Shown here: positions 42,334 to 52,355 of the stretch, piece after piece
How the letters are laid out: every line of letters begins with the position of its first letter
How positions within the stretch are numbered: position 1 is the first letter of the stretch
Assembly (NCBI GenBank): GCA_965227295.1
Contig: OZ245742.1
Location: 5,632,001 to 5,696,000 of the forward strand
Source of the DNA: Leptonemataceae bacterium
GTDB lineage: Bacteria; Spirochaetota; Leptospiria; Leptospirales; Leptonemataceae
Reading direction: 5' to 3'
Length of the DNA: 64,000 nucleotides
The notes under the pieces: model-generated
The model's database searches: none
What the model saw: the letters and a program-made list of their open reading frames with translations, nothing else
What the model was told of the DNA's origin: nothing
Translations under genes and position numbers: made by a program

Positions 42334-43395
42334 TCACTGCTTGCCCGCGGTCTCCAGTTGCCCCGGCGTTTGTTCCTGGATCGAGAGGCCCTGCTCCAGT
42401 TTGCGGTTGTGTCGGATCATGTCCAGCACGCGGAAGCCGCCGTCTTTGCGCATCCAGGCCTGGTAGACCAGCAGCGGCTGGATGTTGTAGTGAAACGGGA
42501 AGTCGTCCGGAAACTTTTCGCCCTCGGGATATCCCAGCGTGTGCTTCGTGCCGGTGGTCGTCGTGCGAATGATGAGACTCTTTTCGTCGGCCGGCAATGC
42601 CAGCATGTTCGCTTTCATCGGATCCGGGAAGCGCATGTACTCCTCGGCGTTGGACGTGTAGACCAGGCGCACCGGGACCTGCATGCGCCGCGCCGACATG
42701 GCGATGTTTTGCATGGTCACACTGCCTTTCAAATCTCCCGGCACCGCCTGGATGCGATTGTCCAGGATCATGGTGCGGATGTATTGATAGTCCGCGGGAT
42801 TGTTGGAGAACGTGGACAGACCGAAGCGTTTGCTCATCATGTCCAGTTCGCGCAGACGTTCGGGCACGTCGTTCCAGTTGCGATGCGCCACCTTCCAGGC
42901 GTTGCGAATGCGATAGAAATCCGGCTCGCCGCCGAAGCGTTTTTCCAGGAGCTCGAAGCTGCTCTTGCGATTCTTGCGCTGCCAGAGCTCTTTGTACTCC
43001 GCGTAGGTCGGCGCCTGGCGAATGAAGAACATGTGAATGCGATTCACGTCCACGGAAACGTAGTCGAAGTCCATGAGCCAGGCATACTCACTCTTCGCCC
43101 AGGCGATGAACGTGAAGTTTTGATCGGTGCCGACGCCGATGTAACCGCCGCCCAGGTTTTGAATGTGCGGCGCGAACAGATCGATGCGACGTTCGTTGGA
43201 CGACGGATAGTGATCGGCGTGGAGGTTGCGGTCCTCGGGCAGCGAATCCACCGCGGACAAGACGAAGTGCCGGGCGCGCTCGCGTTTGTCCGGGCCGGTC
43301 TCACAGGCGCTCAGCGCAAGCACGAAGATCAGGGGAATCCACACCGTCCAGCGGTGGTACGAACGACGGCGGTGGAAGACAGGACGAGGAAGCAT
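42334..43395 (-). CDS. Uncharacterised lipoprotein (resembles Leptospira LIC_10091-type family)
   Basis: Lipobox LSAC; YPSSNE, GGYIGVGTDQN, YTSNAEEY; family recalled from memory. Confidence 0.65.
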   Translation of the reverse strand: MLPRPVFHRRRSYHRWTVWIPLIFVLALSACETGPDKRERARHFVLSAVDSLPEDRNLHADHYPSSNERRIDLFAPHIQNLGGGYIGVGTDQNFTFIAWAKSEYAWLMDFDYVSVDVNRIHMFFIRQAPTYAEYKELWQRKNRKSSFELLEKRFGGEPDFYRIRNAWKVAHRNWNDVPERLRELDMMSKRFGLSTFSNNPADYQYIRTMILDNRIQAVPGDLKGSVTMQNIAMSARRMQVPVRLVYTSNAEEYMRFPDPMKANMLALPADEKSLIIRTTTTGTKHTLGYPEGEKFPDDFPFHYNIQPLLVYQAWMRKDGGFRVLDMIRHNRKLEQGLSIQEQTPGQLETAGKQ

Positions 43396-43494
43396 TGCAG
43401 GGCCAGAATTCCGACCGCCTGGCGCGAGGGCAATTGGAATCCGACCGCTGTTTTCTCATTTACACGCATCCGTGCGATTGCACGCTGGCCGGTC

Positions 43495-44808
43495 ATGACG
43501 GAACCGAATCTGAAGCAGCAGTACGCCCCGCTGCGCTCGAAAATCATACTGGCATTCAAAGGCATGACCATGGGCATCGCCGATGCCATCCCCGGCGTGT
43601 CCGGCGGCACCATCGCGCTCATCAGCGGCATCTATGATCACCTCATTCATGCCATCTCGTCCGTGGGGCCGTCCCACGCTCTCGCCGCGCTGCAACTGCT
43701 GATCTTCTGCTGGCACGGCGAACGGCGGCGCCGCGCCCTGGAACGCCTGAGCGAGATCGAGTGGTCGTTTCTGATTCCGCTGCTCATCGGCATTCTGTGC
43801 GCGCTGGTGTTCATGCTCTTTTTCATTCCGTTCATCCTGGAACACTACGCTTACTTCGCCTACGCGTTCTTCTTCGGACTCATCGTGTTCTCCATCAGCA
43901 TCCCGTTTCGCATGATGAATCGGCGCCCGCTGGAATTCGTGCTCATCGTGGTGGCGGCCGTCGTCGTCTTTTTCGTGGTGGGCCTGTCCCGCATCGCCGA
44001 CGCTACGATCACCCTCAAACCCGTGACGGGTCTCACCGAAGACACGGAAATGCCGCCGCCGCTGCAGCCCATCTCAGTCGACGCGAAGGGCGAGTGGCAC
44101 CTGGGTGTGCCCGCGACCGGCGCGGTCTACGCCGGCACGATCACCGCGTCCGGCGGCGACTCCCTCGGTACGTTCAGCGTCTCCGTCACGCCTCGCGGCG
44201 ACACGGAACCGGCCGTAGAGTTCATGGATGTAGAGTTAAAGAACGTCGAGGTCTCCTTCGAGGAAGTGGAGGGCCTTGCCGCAGACGGCAGCCTCGACCT
44301 CAAGATGCGCCTGTCCGAGGCCGGCAGCCGGGGATTTCTGTACGTGCTCTTCAGCGGCGCCCTGGCCATCTGCGCCATGATCCTGCCCGGCATCTCCGGC
44401 GCCTACATCCTGGTAATTTTAGGTGAGTACAAGTTAATCGCCTCGGCGGGGCGGGACCTGGTCAAGGGGGGGATCGACACGCTGCGCTCCGGCAGTCTGG
44501 ACCCCATGCTGATCGACAACGGCCTGGTGGTCCTGGCCTTCGTGCTGGGCGTGCTGATCGGCATTCTGTCGTTCGTGCGGCTGCTGCGCTTCTTTCTCGA
44601 TCGTTACCACTCGCTGACCATGGCGGTGCTCACGGGACTGATGATCGGCTCGTTGCGCGGCATCTGGCCGGTGCAGCATTTGCACGGCGAGGAACTGAGC
44701 ACCGGCTACATCATCGGCGGCGTCGCCCTGGCCATCGGCGGCGGCATTGCCATCTTCGCGCTGGAGCAGATCAGTAAAAAGCTGCAGGACCCGGAGCCGC
44801 CGGTTTGA
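43495..44808 (+). CDS. DUF368 family membrane protein (undecaprenyl-phosphate translocase-like) with central insertion
   Basis: MGIADAIPGVSGGTIA and AMILPGISGA repeats; GLMIGSL; ATG at 43495. Confidence 0.9.
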   Translation: MTEPNLKQQYAPLRSKIILAFKGMTMGIADAIPGVSGGTIALISGIYDHLIHAISSVGPSHALAALQLLIFCWHGERRRRALERLSEIEWSFLIPLLIGILCALVFMLFFIPFILEHYAYFAYAFFFGLIVFSISIPFRMMNRRPLEFVLIVVAAVVVFFVVGLSRIADATITLKPVTGLTEDTEMPPPLQPISVDAKGEWHLGVPATGAVYAGTITASGGDSLGTFSVSVTPRGDTEPAVEFMDVELKNVEVSFEEVEGLAADGSLDLKMRLSEAGSRGFLYVLFSGALAICAMILPGISGAYILVILGEYKLIASAGRDLVKGGIDTLRSGSLDPMLIDNGLVVLAFVLGVLIGILSFVRLLRFFLDRYHSLTMAVLTGLMIGSLRGIWPVQHLHGEELSTGYIIGGVALAIGGGIAIFALEQISKKLQDPEPPV

Positions 44809-44814
44809 TCTTTT

Positions 44815-44925
44815 GCCACAGAGGCACAGAGTTTTAAAGAAGTGGGGTTTAGACGAAAGAACGGTGGCGAGCAAAAACCAGCAACCCATCACACCTGAAA
44901 ACTCTTCCTCTGTGTTCTCTGTGGC
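44815..44925. repeat. Intergenic inverted-repeat element (CACAGAG-type)
   Basis: GCCACAGAGGCACAGAG ... CTCTGTGTTCTCTGTGGC. Confidence 0.7.
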
Positions 44926-44937
44926 CAATAGCTCCCC

Positions 44938-46362
44938 ATGCCCTCCCGCGATCACATCAACGACCTCCGCCCGCTGATCACCGAGGGCTCACTGCACGTC
45001 CGCGGGGACGGCTCTTACGATGACGACGCCTTTCTCGCGTTCGGTACCGATCGCAGCAAACAGTTCGCGCCGGACTTTCACGTACTGGTCTTTCCCGGCT
45101 CCACCGCGGAGACCGCGCGGCTGGTAAAGTTTTGCAACGAACGTAAACTGAACATCGTGCCGTCCGGCGGACGAACGGGACTCGCGGGCGGCGCCGTGGC
45201 CACACGCGATGAAATCGTCGTTTCGTTCGCAAAGATGAATCGCATTACCGGCTTCGATCCGCACCTGCCCGCGCTGCTTCTGGAAGCGGGGGTCATTACG
45301 AAGATCGCGCAAAACGACGCCGCAGAACGCGGGTACCTCTTTCCCCTGGACCTGGCCGCGGCGGGTTCTTCGTTCGTCGGCGGCAACGTCGCCACAAACG
45401 CCGGCGGCCTGCGCGTCATTCGCCTGGGCATGCTGCGCGATTACGTCGCCGGTATGACCGTGGTCACCGGAGCCGGAGAGATCTTAACTTTCCCCGGTAC
45501 AATCTTAAAAAACAACACCGGCGTCGACCTCAAACAACTCTTCATCGGCAGCGAGGGCACCCTGGGCCTCATTACCGAACTTACGATTCGCCTGGCCCCG
45601 CGTCCGCGCGCGGCGTCCACCGCGCTCTTCGCTGTTCCCGGCGGGCCGGCGGCCGCGCTGGAATTTCTGGGCGCACTGCGCAAGCACGGCATCGCGCCGT
45701 TCGCCTTCGAGTTCTTCGACGCCGCTTCGGTGGACGCCGTGCGCAAACATCTCGATCTTGCGGAGCCGTTTGGGGAACAGTATGATTGGTACGTCCTGGT
45801 GGAATGGGACGCCGCCGAAACCGACGACGACGCCCTGCTGGAACTCTTTCAATCGCTGACGGACGACGGCATTCTCGCGGGCGTGCGCCTCGCGCTGAAC
45901 TCGGCGCAGGTGAACGAACTCTGGAAGTACCGCGAGGGCATCAGCGAATCGCTGTCCCTGGGTTACACCGTGCGCAAGCACGATCTTTCCATCCCCCTCG
46001 CGGAGATCGACGGCTTCGTGCGCACGGCCCGGGCGTTGCTGGCCCCGCACGCGGAGAACGTCCGCGGCGTGTTCTTCGGCCATCTCGGCGACGGCAACGT
46101 GCATCTGAATTTGATCAAGGCGCGGGATGATCTCGCGGACGAGGATTTTCACGAACGTTGCCGGGACCTGGAAGCTTCCCTCTACGAAATCACGGCGAAG
46201 CTGCGGGGATCGGTGAGCGCGGAACACGGCATCGGCCTGCTGAAGAAGGAGCAGCTGCATCACAGCCGTTCGCCGGAAGAGCTGCGCCTGATGCGCGCAC
46301 TGAAGCAGGTCTTCGATCCCGCCGGCGTGCTGAATCCCGGAAAAATCCTGCAAGATGTGTGA
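44938..46362 (+). CDS. FAD-linked oxidoreductase (D-2-hydroxyacid dehydrogenase / GlcD-like)
   Basis: GGRTGLAGG, GGNVATNAGG, GSEGTLG, GHLGDGNVH, SAEHGIG, LNPGK. Confidence 0.92.
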   Translation: MPSRDHINDLRPLITEGSLHVRGDGSYDDDAFLAFGTDRSKQFAPDFHVLVFPGSTAETARLVKFCNERKLNIVPSGGRTGLAGGAVATRDEIVVSFAKMNRITGFDPHLPALLLEAGVITKIAQNDAAERGYLFPLDLAAAGSSFVGGNVATNAGGLRVIRLGMLRDYVAGMTVVTGAGEILTFPGTILKNNTGVDLKQLFIGSEGTLGLITELTIRLAPRPRAASTALFAVPGGPAAALEFLGALRKHGIAPFAFEFFDAASVDAVRKHLDLAEPFGEQYDWYVLVEWDAAETDDDALLELFQSLTDDGILAGVRLALNSAQVNELWKYREGISESLSLGYTVRKHDLSIPLAEIDGFVRTARALLAPHAENVRGVFFGHLGDGNVHLNLIKARDDLADEDFHERCRDLEASLYEITAKLRGSVSAEHGIGLLKKEQLHHSRSPEELRLMRALKQVFDPAGVLNPGKILQDV

Positions 46363-46504
46363 GACATATTCCGTAGCAGCCACGCGACGCGGCTTCGCCG
46401 TACGACCGCTTTTCGCGGTCATTTTTTATTGCGCTTTTCCGTATGCCTGCGCAGACTGCGCGCCTGTGCTGGATCGTGACGTAAGCCCCGGGGCGGAAGC
46501 GCCC

Positions 46505-47263
46505 GTGAAGCGCATCCCCCTCGACGAACTCGAAAAAACCGTCCGTGAACTTGTCCATGAGGAGCGCATCCTCTCGTTCAAGACCTACATCCTCAGCGAT
46601 CGCGGCGAAGCCATCCTGAAAATCATCGCCACGTCCATCCTGGAAAAGTACGGCCGCATGGATCTCATGGACATCGTCTACACGGCGGCCAAAGAGCTCC
46701 TCATCAACGCCACGAAGGCGAACCTGAAGCGCGTCGTCTTTCACGAGGCCGGCCTGAACCCGGAGGATCTGTCCGAGTATCAGCGCGGCATGGAGCTCTT
46801 CCGGGATCGATTGCAGGGTGCTCGCATCGAGGATTTCCGCGAGGAATTCAAGAATCAGAATTTCCCGGTGGTCGCCACGTTTTACTACAACCAGGACGTG
46901 ATGCACATTAAAGTGAAAAACATGTTCACGCTCCTGCCCTACGAAGAAGGGCGCATCCGCAAGAAGTTCGAAGCCGCCGAATCGTTCAAGTCACTGCTGG
47001 ACTTCTACACCGAGTTCGGCGACGACAGCGAGGGCGCGGGCCTCGGCCTCACCATGGTGGGCATTCTGCTGGACGAGAGCGGCATCGACAAACATGCCTT
47101 CACGGTTTACTCCAACGAATTCAACGAAACCGCCGCCCGCCTGGAAATTCCGCTCAGCGAGGCCTACGTTCCCAAGCGCAAGCACTTCGAAAAGGAACTC
47201 CAGGAAACCGGCGCGGAACGCGAAGAACTCCGCCGCGTTTACGCGCATAAGTCGTTTTTTTGA
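46505..47263 (+). CDS. Stand-alone GHKL/HATPase-like protein (start uncertain; GTG 46505)
   Basis: N-box-like KELLINATKA and G2-like EGAGLGL. Confidence 0.65.
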   Translation: MKRIPLDELEKTVRELVHEERILSFKTYILSDRGEAILKIIATSILEKYGRMDLMDIVYTAAKELLINATKANLKRVVFHEAGLNPEDLSEYQRGMELFRDRLQGARIEDFREEFKNQNFPVVATFYYNQDVMHIKVKNMFTLLPYEEGRIRKKFEAAESFKSLLDFYTEFGDDSEGAGLGLTMVGILLDESGIDKHAFTVYSNEFNETAARLEIPLSEAYVPKRKHFEKELQETGAEREELRRVYAHKSFF

Positions 47264-47294
47264 TTCGCGGCTCTTCGCGGCACACCGCGCCGTC

Positions 47295-48263
47295 CTACGG
47301 CTCATCCACCGCCACAATCTTCGAAGCGAACATCGGCTCGACGGGCATCTGTAATTCAAAGTCCACGCTGAGATCCGGAACGTTATAGAAACGAATCACG
47401 CCGGTTTCGCCGTTTTTCATGACCAGGTGGCGGCCTAAACGCAGCCCGATGGATCCGGTATACAAACCCGGCACGGATTTCCAATCGCCGGAGGGCATGG
47501 TCTTCACCGTGCGACCGCTGACGGCATCCACGAGGCGCAGGCTTTTCCAATCGTCCACCGCGACGTAGCGGGAGTGTTCCCACACGCGAAAGAGGTTTTC
47601 GGTAAAGTTCGAGTAGGATGGTACACTGAAGCGGCCCAGGCTGCGGATCTTGCCGGATTGAACATCCACGCATTCAACATTAAAGAAGGCTTCGCCCGTG
47701 GAACTTAACCGCTCGCGGTGCAGGTAGACGATGTGCGTGCCGTTGTTAATGAACGACGGATAGAAGATCCACTCCCGCGAAACGAGCTGCTTCGGTTTCG
47801 CGTTTTTCGCCGCGCCCTTGTAGTAGAGTACCGTCGGGCCGCCCTTGTTGATTTGATAGGGCTGATTCTGATAGTGCCCGCTGCCGTCCGGAAGATACCG
47901 AAACTGCTTGAACGGCCGTTTGTGCGGCTGCCACACGCCGATGCGTTTGTTCCCGCGATACTCGTAGACGGCCTCGCTGGCTTCGCGCTCATCCGCACGT
48001 AATTCGATGCCGTTCTTCAGGCGCCGCGCCAGGGCGAAGCCGCCCGGCGGTTTCACAAGCTTGCGGTTCTTGAGATCGAAGTCGAAGTAACGCACGTCCA
48101 CGACGTCGTTCTCGTTAATGAAGCCTTCCACAACGTAGAAATCCCGCTCGCCGGTTTGATAGATGTCCAGCTCCGCATCGAAGGCGTCGCTCCCATGAGT
48201 GAAGGGCCGCCACTCCCCGCTCTCGAAAAAGAAGATCTTCTGGCCGAACTGCGCCACAATCAA
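47295..48263 (-). CDS. Hypothetical beta-rich protein (possibly propeller-like); 5' end unclear
   Basis: 322-aa ORF filling the gap, aromatic/beta-strand rich, no clear ATG start. Confidence 0.6.
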   Translation of the reverse strand: MIVAQFGQKIFFFESGEWRPFTHGSDAFDAELDIYQTGERDFYVVEGFINENDVVDVRYFDFDLKNRKLVKPPGGFALARRLKNGIELRADEREASEAVYEYRGNKRIGVWQPHKRPFKQFRYLPDGSGHYQNQPYQINKGGPTVLYYKGAAKNAKPKQLVSREWIFYPSFINNGTHIVYLHRERLSSTGEAFFNVECVDVQSGKIRSLGRFSVPSYSNFTENLFRVWEHSRYVAVDDWKSLRLVDAVSGRTVKTMPSGDWKSVPGLYTGSIGLRLGRHLVMKNGETGVIRFYNVPDLSVDFELQMPVEPMFASKIVAVDEP

Positions 48264-48470
48264 AGGAACCGAGCCGGACGGCGCATCGTCCTCTTCCTGA
48301 ACGTCTTCGTGCTCGTCGAATAATTGTCAGGCTTTTGTGTCGATCATTAGCGTTGCGTGAGGGCCGTGTTTGCGGAACGTCAGGCAAATTCATCAATATG
48401 CAGAAGGAGTAAGAAGTCCGTGAAGAGATCGTAAATTATACCCCGGACAGTCATTTTTAGACATACCCTG

Positions 48471-48479
48471 TGGTATAAT
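48471..48479 (+). promoter_or_regulatory. Extended -10 promoter element
   Basis: TGGTATAAT (TGnTATAAT) 20 bp upstream of ATG 48499, followed by AGAGG RBS. Confidence 0.5.
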
Positions 48480-48498
48480 AGGCTCAGAGGTTAAAAAG

Positions 48499-49794
48499 AT
48501 GAAACGTTTTGCAGCCATCCTGATTGTACTGAGCCTGGGACTCACTCAGCCCGCCTGTTCCGGCGGCGGCGGTGACGACGGCATGATGTTTCTGCTGCTC
48601 GGTCTGCTGTTGATGCCGCAGCCGGCAGCCGAACTTGCCGTCTCGCCGGGCAACGAAGAAAGTACGAGCGAGAGCGCGGCCGGCGACGCGGTCGTGGAGA
48701 GCAACGACACGCCGTACAGCCCCGAGGAAGACGGCAGCTTCCAGTTCAACAGCGACCGCCCGTTGCCGCTGGAACTTACCGTAGAAGACGAAAACGGCCC
48801 GGTGCCCGGCGCCGTAATCACTGTCGAGAGCGATGCGGAAGATCTGCTCTTCGAGGGCGTGAGCGATAGCGCCGGCCAGGTCTCCACCGTTCTGAATCTC
48901 ACTCCGGAAGTGGAAAGCGTCTCCGTGTCCGTAAGTTCCGGCGAACAAATGTTAGAGGAGTTTTCGATCGACAACGTCGCGGAGCTGGCCTCCGTGGATC
49001 GTGAGATCGTATTCCCCGGCGACGCCGGCGGCAATCAGCCGGCCCCGGACTCCGACGGCGACGGCATGCCCGATTCCCGGGACCGCTTCCCGTACGACGC
49101 CGAACGCGCGACGGTCCTCGTCCACGCCCCGTTTTTGATCGCTTACGAGGACCTGTATCCGAATCAGGGCGACGCCGATCTCAACGACTACGTGATCCTG
49201 GCGCAGTTTACCGAGGAACTGGACGCGAGCGGGGCCCGCGTTAAGAGCGTGCGCGCCTCCGTGCAGCACGTCGCCCGGGGTGCCGGCTACAAACATACGT
49301 TGAACGTCAGCTTAGACGCCGACGCGACGATTGAGTACGCCTTTGACGGCGCTGAGCCGAACGAGTACGCTGTCCCGGCCGGCACGACCTTCGAGCTGCT
49401 GCCCGCGAGCAACACCACCATCGCTCAGTCGAACAGCAACGCCGGCGGGACCTACGCGCCCGGCAAAGGCGCGACGTTTACCATCACCTTCGCCGCCCCC
49501 GTCGGCCGCGCGCAACTCGGCCTCCCGCCGTACGATCTCTACGCCTTCGTCATCAACACGAACCGCAGCATTCATTTGCCCGGCCGCGCCCTGCGGGAAG
49601 ACGGCAGTGATCCGTATCTGGACGCCGACGGTTTTCCCTGGGCGGTTAAGCTCCCCGCGGAGTGGCGCTGGCCGCTGGAACGGGTGCGTGTGCAGGATGC
49701 GTATCCGGAGTTTGCGGAATGGGCCGCTTCGTTCGGTCGCACGGCGAAAGACTGGTACCTGCGTCCGGACGAGAGCCGGGTCTTCGCCCGCTGA
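48499..49794 (+). CDS. LruC/DUF4842-domain lipoprotein
   Basis: Signal plus Cys; DSDGDG; AYEDLYPNQGDADLNDYV; FPWA..WRWPLE..AYPEFAEW. Confidence 0.85.
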   Translation: MKRFAAILIVLSLGLTQPACSGGGGDDGMMFLLLGLLLMPQPAAELAVSPGNEESTSESAAGDAVVESNDTPYSPEEDGSFQFNSDRPLPLELTVEDENGPVPGAVITVESDAEDLLFEGVSDSAGQVSTVLNLTPEVESVSVSVSSGEQMLEEFSIDNVAELASVDREIVFPGDAGGNQPAPDSDGDGMPDSRDRFPYDAERATVLVHAPFLIAYEDLYPNQGDADLNDYVILAQFTEELDASGARVKSVRASVQHVARGAGYKHTLNVSLDADATIEYAFDGAEPNEYAVPAGTTFELLPASNTTIAQSNSNAGGTYAPGKGATFTITFAAPVGRAQLGLPPYDLYAFVINTNRSIHLPGRALREDGSDPYLDADGFPWAVKLPAEWRWPLERVRVQDAYPEFAEWAASFGRTAKDWYLRPDESRVFAR

Positions 49795-49835
49795 GAAGTG
49801 TTTGCCTGATGCGCGGGTGAGTATGATCTTTCATC

Positions 49836-50636
49836 ATGCTCGCCCGCATCTTCCCGCGCAGTCACGGCACCGTCTATGATGCGATCGTCTTTCTCGGCGG
49901 GTTCGTGTTGCCGTACCTCGCCGCCCTGGCCGGCGCAAGCATGCCGTCGCTGGACTTCTTCGGCGAAGAAAACAAAGACTCGTTCTGGATCTTCGGCGTG
50001 CTGCAAACCACCGCCGTGCTCGTGCAAATCCCCGGCGCCTGGCTGAAGCGCGCCGCGTTGCACACGCGCATCCACGCCGACGAAGCAAGCATGCAACGCG
50101 CGGCGGCGGGACAGAATCTCCTTTACTTCCTCCTGATCCTCCACTGGACCTTCGGTTTCGCCATGCTCGCCATGGCCCTCACGGCCGTTCCCGGTATGAC
50201 TGCGGAGTGGGCACTTCCCATCGCCCTCGGCACAAGCACGCTCACGACCTGGATCGTCGGCGCAACAGCGATTACCGGCGAAGGCCGATCCGGGTCTACG
50301 GAAGCGACTCCGGAGCAGCGCCGGGGCCTGGTCCGCCGCGAAGCGATCGGCGACGCGTTCTTGATTGCCGGCGCGCTGATCCTGGTGCACATCTGGTGGG
50401 TTCCGCTGATAAACGAGGTCGCTGCCGGTGACGGCCACATCCAGCGCGAAGCAGGCAACAGTCTCGGCGGACTCATCGCCTACACCCTGGTTATGTTCGT
50501 GCCCTTTCTCATGTTCTACATTCTCCCGCGGCTGCTGTTTTTCGTGGAGGACGCGCGGCACCCCGGCACCTGGATTCGCTTTTTGATTCTCTACGTCTTC
50601 GCGGCCTGGCAAATGTTTACGGGCTCCGCGTTGTAA
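49836..50636 (+). CDS. Hypothetical multi-pass membrane protein
   Basis: About 7 hydrophobic segments; FYILPRLLFFVED. Confidence 0.7.
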   Translation: MLARIFPRSHGTVYDAIVFLGGFVLPYLAALAGASMPSLDFFGEENKDSFWIFGVLQTTAVLVQIPGAWLKRAALHTRIHADEASMQRAAAGQNLLYFLLILHWTFGFAMLAMALTAVPGMTAEWALPIALGTSTLTTWIVGATAITGEGRSGSTEATPEQRRGLVRREAIGDAFLIAGALILVHIWWVPLINEVAAGDGHIQREAGNSLGGLIAYTLVMFVPFLMFYILPRLLFFVEDARHPGTWIRFLILYVFAAWQMFTGSAL

Positions 50637-50687
50637 TGTCCCAGGTTTTTGAGTTGCGGTTGCAAGTCCGCCGTTTCCACTACGGAC

Positions 50688-52355
50688 ATGAGCAGCTTTA
50701 AAGAAAGCTTCATGCTCCCGAAGCTCCCTCCTTACGATCCCATCGAACTCCGCAAACAGCCCTTCACCGAACAGGCGCGCCAGGCCTGCGCCGCCTGGGC
50801 CCTGGAGGGCTACGGTTCTCCGCCGTCGGTCTACCTAGTCTACGCCCTGAAGGTCGTCGGTTACATCGCCGGCTGGATCGCGTTCTGCGGGTTCACGCCC
50901 GGCCTCGGATCCTGGACCTCCATCGATTGGTGGCTGCATCCGGTGGCGTTCCAGAAGGCCATTGCCTGGAGCATGCTCTTTGAAGTGCTCGGCCTCGGTT
51001 GCGGCAGCGGCCCGCTGACCGGTCGTTATCTGCCGCCCCTCGGCGGTTTTCTGTATTTTCTACGCCCCGGCACCACGAAGCTGCCGTTCTTTCCGGGCGT
51101 ACCGCTCATCGGCACCATCCGCCGCACGGTCCTCGACGCCGGCCTCTATCTCGCGCTGATCATCTTCAGTGTGCTGGCCCTCATTCATCCGCAGCCCGGC
51201 TACGCCCAGTGGCTGCCGCTGTTCATACTGGTACCGCTGCTCGGCCTGCTCGATAAAACCATCTTCCTCGCCGCGCGCGCCGAACACTACTGGGTCACGA
51301 TCACGGTCTTCGCCTTCGCGCAAAACTGGATCGCCGGGGCCATGGTGGTGCAACTCGCGCTCTGGTTCTACGCCGGCCTCTCGAAGTTGAATCATCACTT
51401 CCCCACCGTCGTCTGTGTGATGGCCTCCAACGGCCCGTTCACGCCCTGGCAGTGGTTCCGCAAGAAGATGTACCGGGACTACCCGAACGACCTCAATCCC
51501 TCGGACGCGGCCGTCATAAAGTCCCGCATCGGCACGGCCCTGGAGTTCAGCGTGCCCATCGTCATGTTGATCGGCCTCTTCAGCGGTTCGTATACGATCA
51601 TCATCGCCGGCCTGGTGTTGATGTTGATGCTGCACAGCTACATTACTTCCAACGTGCCCATGGGTGTGCCCATCGAGTGGAACTTCATGGTGGTCTACGC
51701 CGGTTTCTTTTTGTTCGGCGCCAACTCGCACATCATGCCGCTCGCCGTGGGCAACGTGCCCCTGGCGATCTTTCTCGTCGTAGTTTCCGTGATCCTGCCG
51801 TTCGTCGGCAACATCATCCCGGAACGTTTTTCGTTTCTCCTTGCCATGCGTTACTACGCCGGCAACTGGCCCATGGGCGTGTGGCTGTTCAAGGGTGACG
51901 CCCACAAGAAACTCGATCGTCTCAAGAAGTCGTCGCCCTGGGTCCTCGACCAGTTGAACATGTTGTATCCGGAGAAGATCGGTCGCGCGGTGGCCTCGAA
52001 GCTCATGGCGTTCCGGCTCATGCACCTGCACGGCCGCGCCCTGCCCGGTCTCGTGGACAAGGCCGTGGGCGATCGTTTCACCGACTATACCTGGATGGAC
52101 GGCGAGGTGGTCTGCGGCCTGGTGCTGGGCTACAACTTCGGCGAAGGCCATCTGCACAAAGAGCAGATGATCGAGGCCATGCAGCAGCAGTGCGAGTTCG
52201 AAGAAGGCGAGGTGCGCGTCATTTTGATGGAACCGCAATCGCTCTTTGGTTATACTCAGGAGTACCGCATCGTCGACGCGAAGACGGGCCTCATGGAAAA
52301 GGGCCGCGTCGACATGCGCCCACTGCGCACGACGCAGCCCTGGCAACATGCCTGA
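50688..52355 (+). CDS. DUF3556-family membrane protein
   Basis: LGLGCGSGPLTGRY.PP.GG..YFLRPGT, SKLNHHFP, MGVPIEWN, MRYYAGNW. Confidence 0.8.
   Translation: MSSFKESFMLPKLPPYDPIELRKQPFTEQARQACAAWALEGYGSPPSVYLVYALKVVGYIAGWIAFCGFTPGLGSWTSIDWWLHPVAFQKAIAWSMLFEVLGLGCGSGPLTGRYLPPLGGFLYFLRPGTTKLPFFPGVPLIGTIRRTVLDAGLYLALIIFSVLALIHPQPGYAQWLPLFILVPLLGLLDKTIFLAARAEHYWVTITVFAFAQNWIAGAMVVQLALWFYAGLSKLNHHFPTVVCVMASNGPFTPWQWFRKKMYRDYPNDLNPSDAAVIKSRIGTALEFSVPIVMLIGLFSGSYTIIIAGLVLMLMLHSYITSNVPMGVPIEWNFMVVYAGFFLFGANSHIMPLAVGNVPLAIFLVVVSVILPFVGNIIPERFSFLLAMRYYAGNWPMGVWLFKGDAHKKLDRLKKSSPWVLDQLNMLYPEKIGRAVASKLMAFRLMHLHGRALPGLVDKAVGDRFTDYTWMDGEVVCGLVLGYNFGEGHLHKEQMIEAMQQQCEFEEGEVRVILMEPQSLFGYTQEYRIVDAKTGLMEKGRVDMRPLRTTQPWQHA

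Noticed and set aside
42358..43494. N-terminal part of the 816-aa ORF
   Set aside because: Overlaps the minus-strand lipoprotein; the DUF368 gene starts at 43495.
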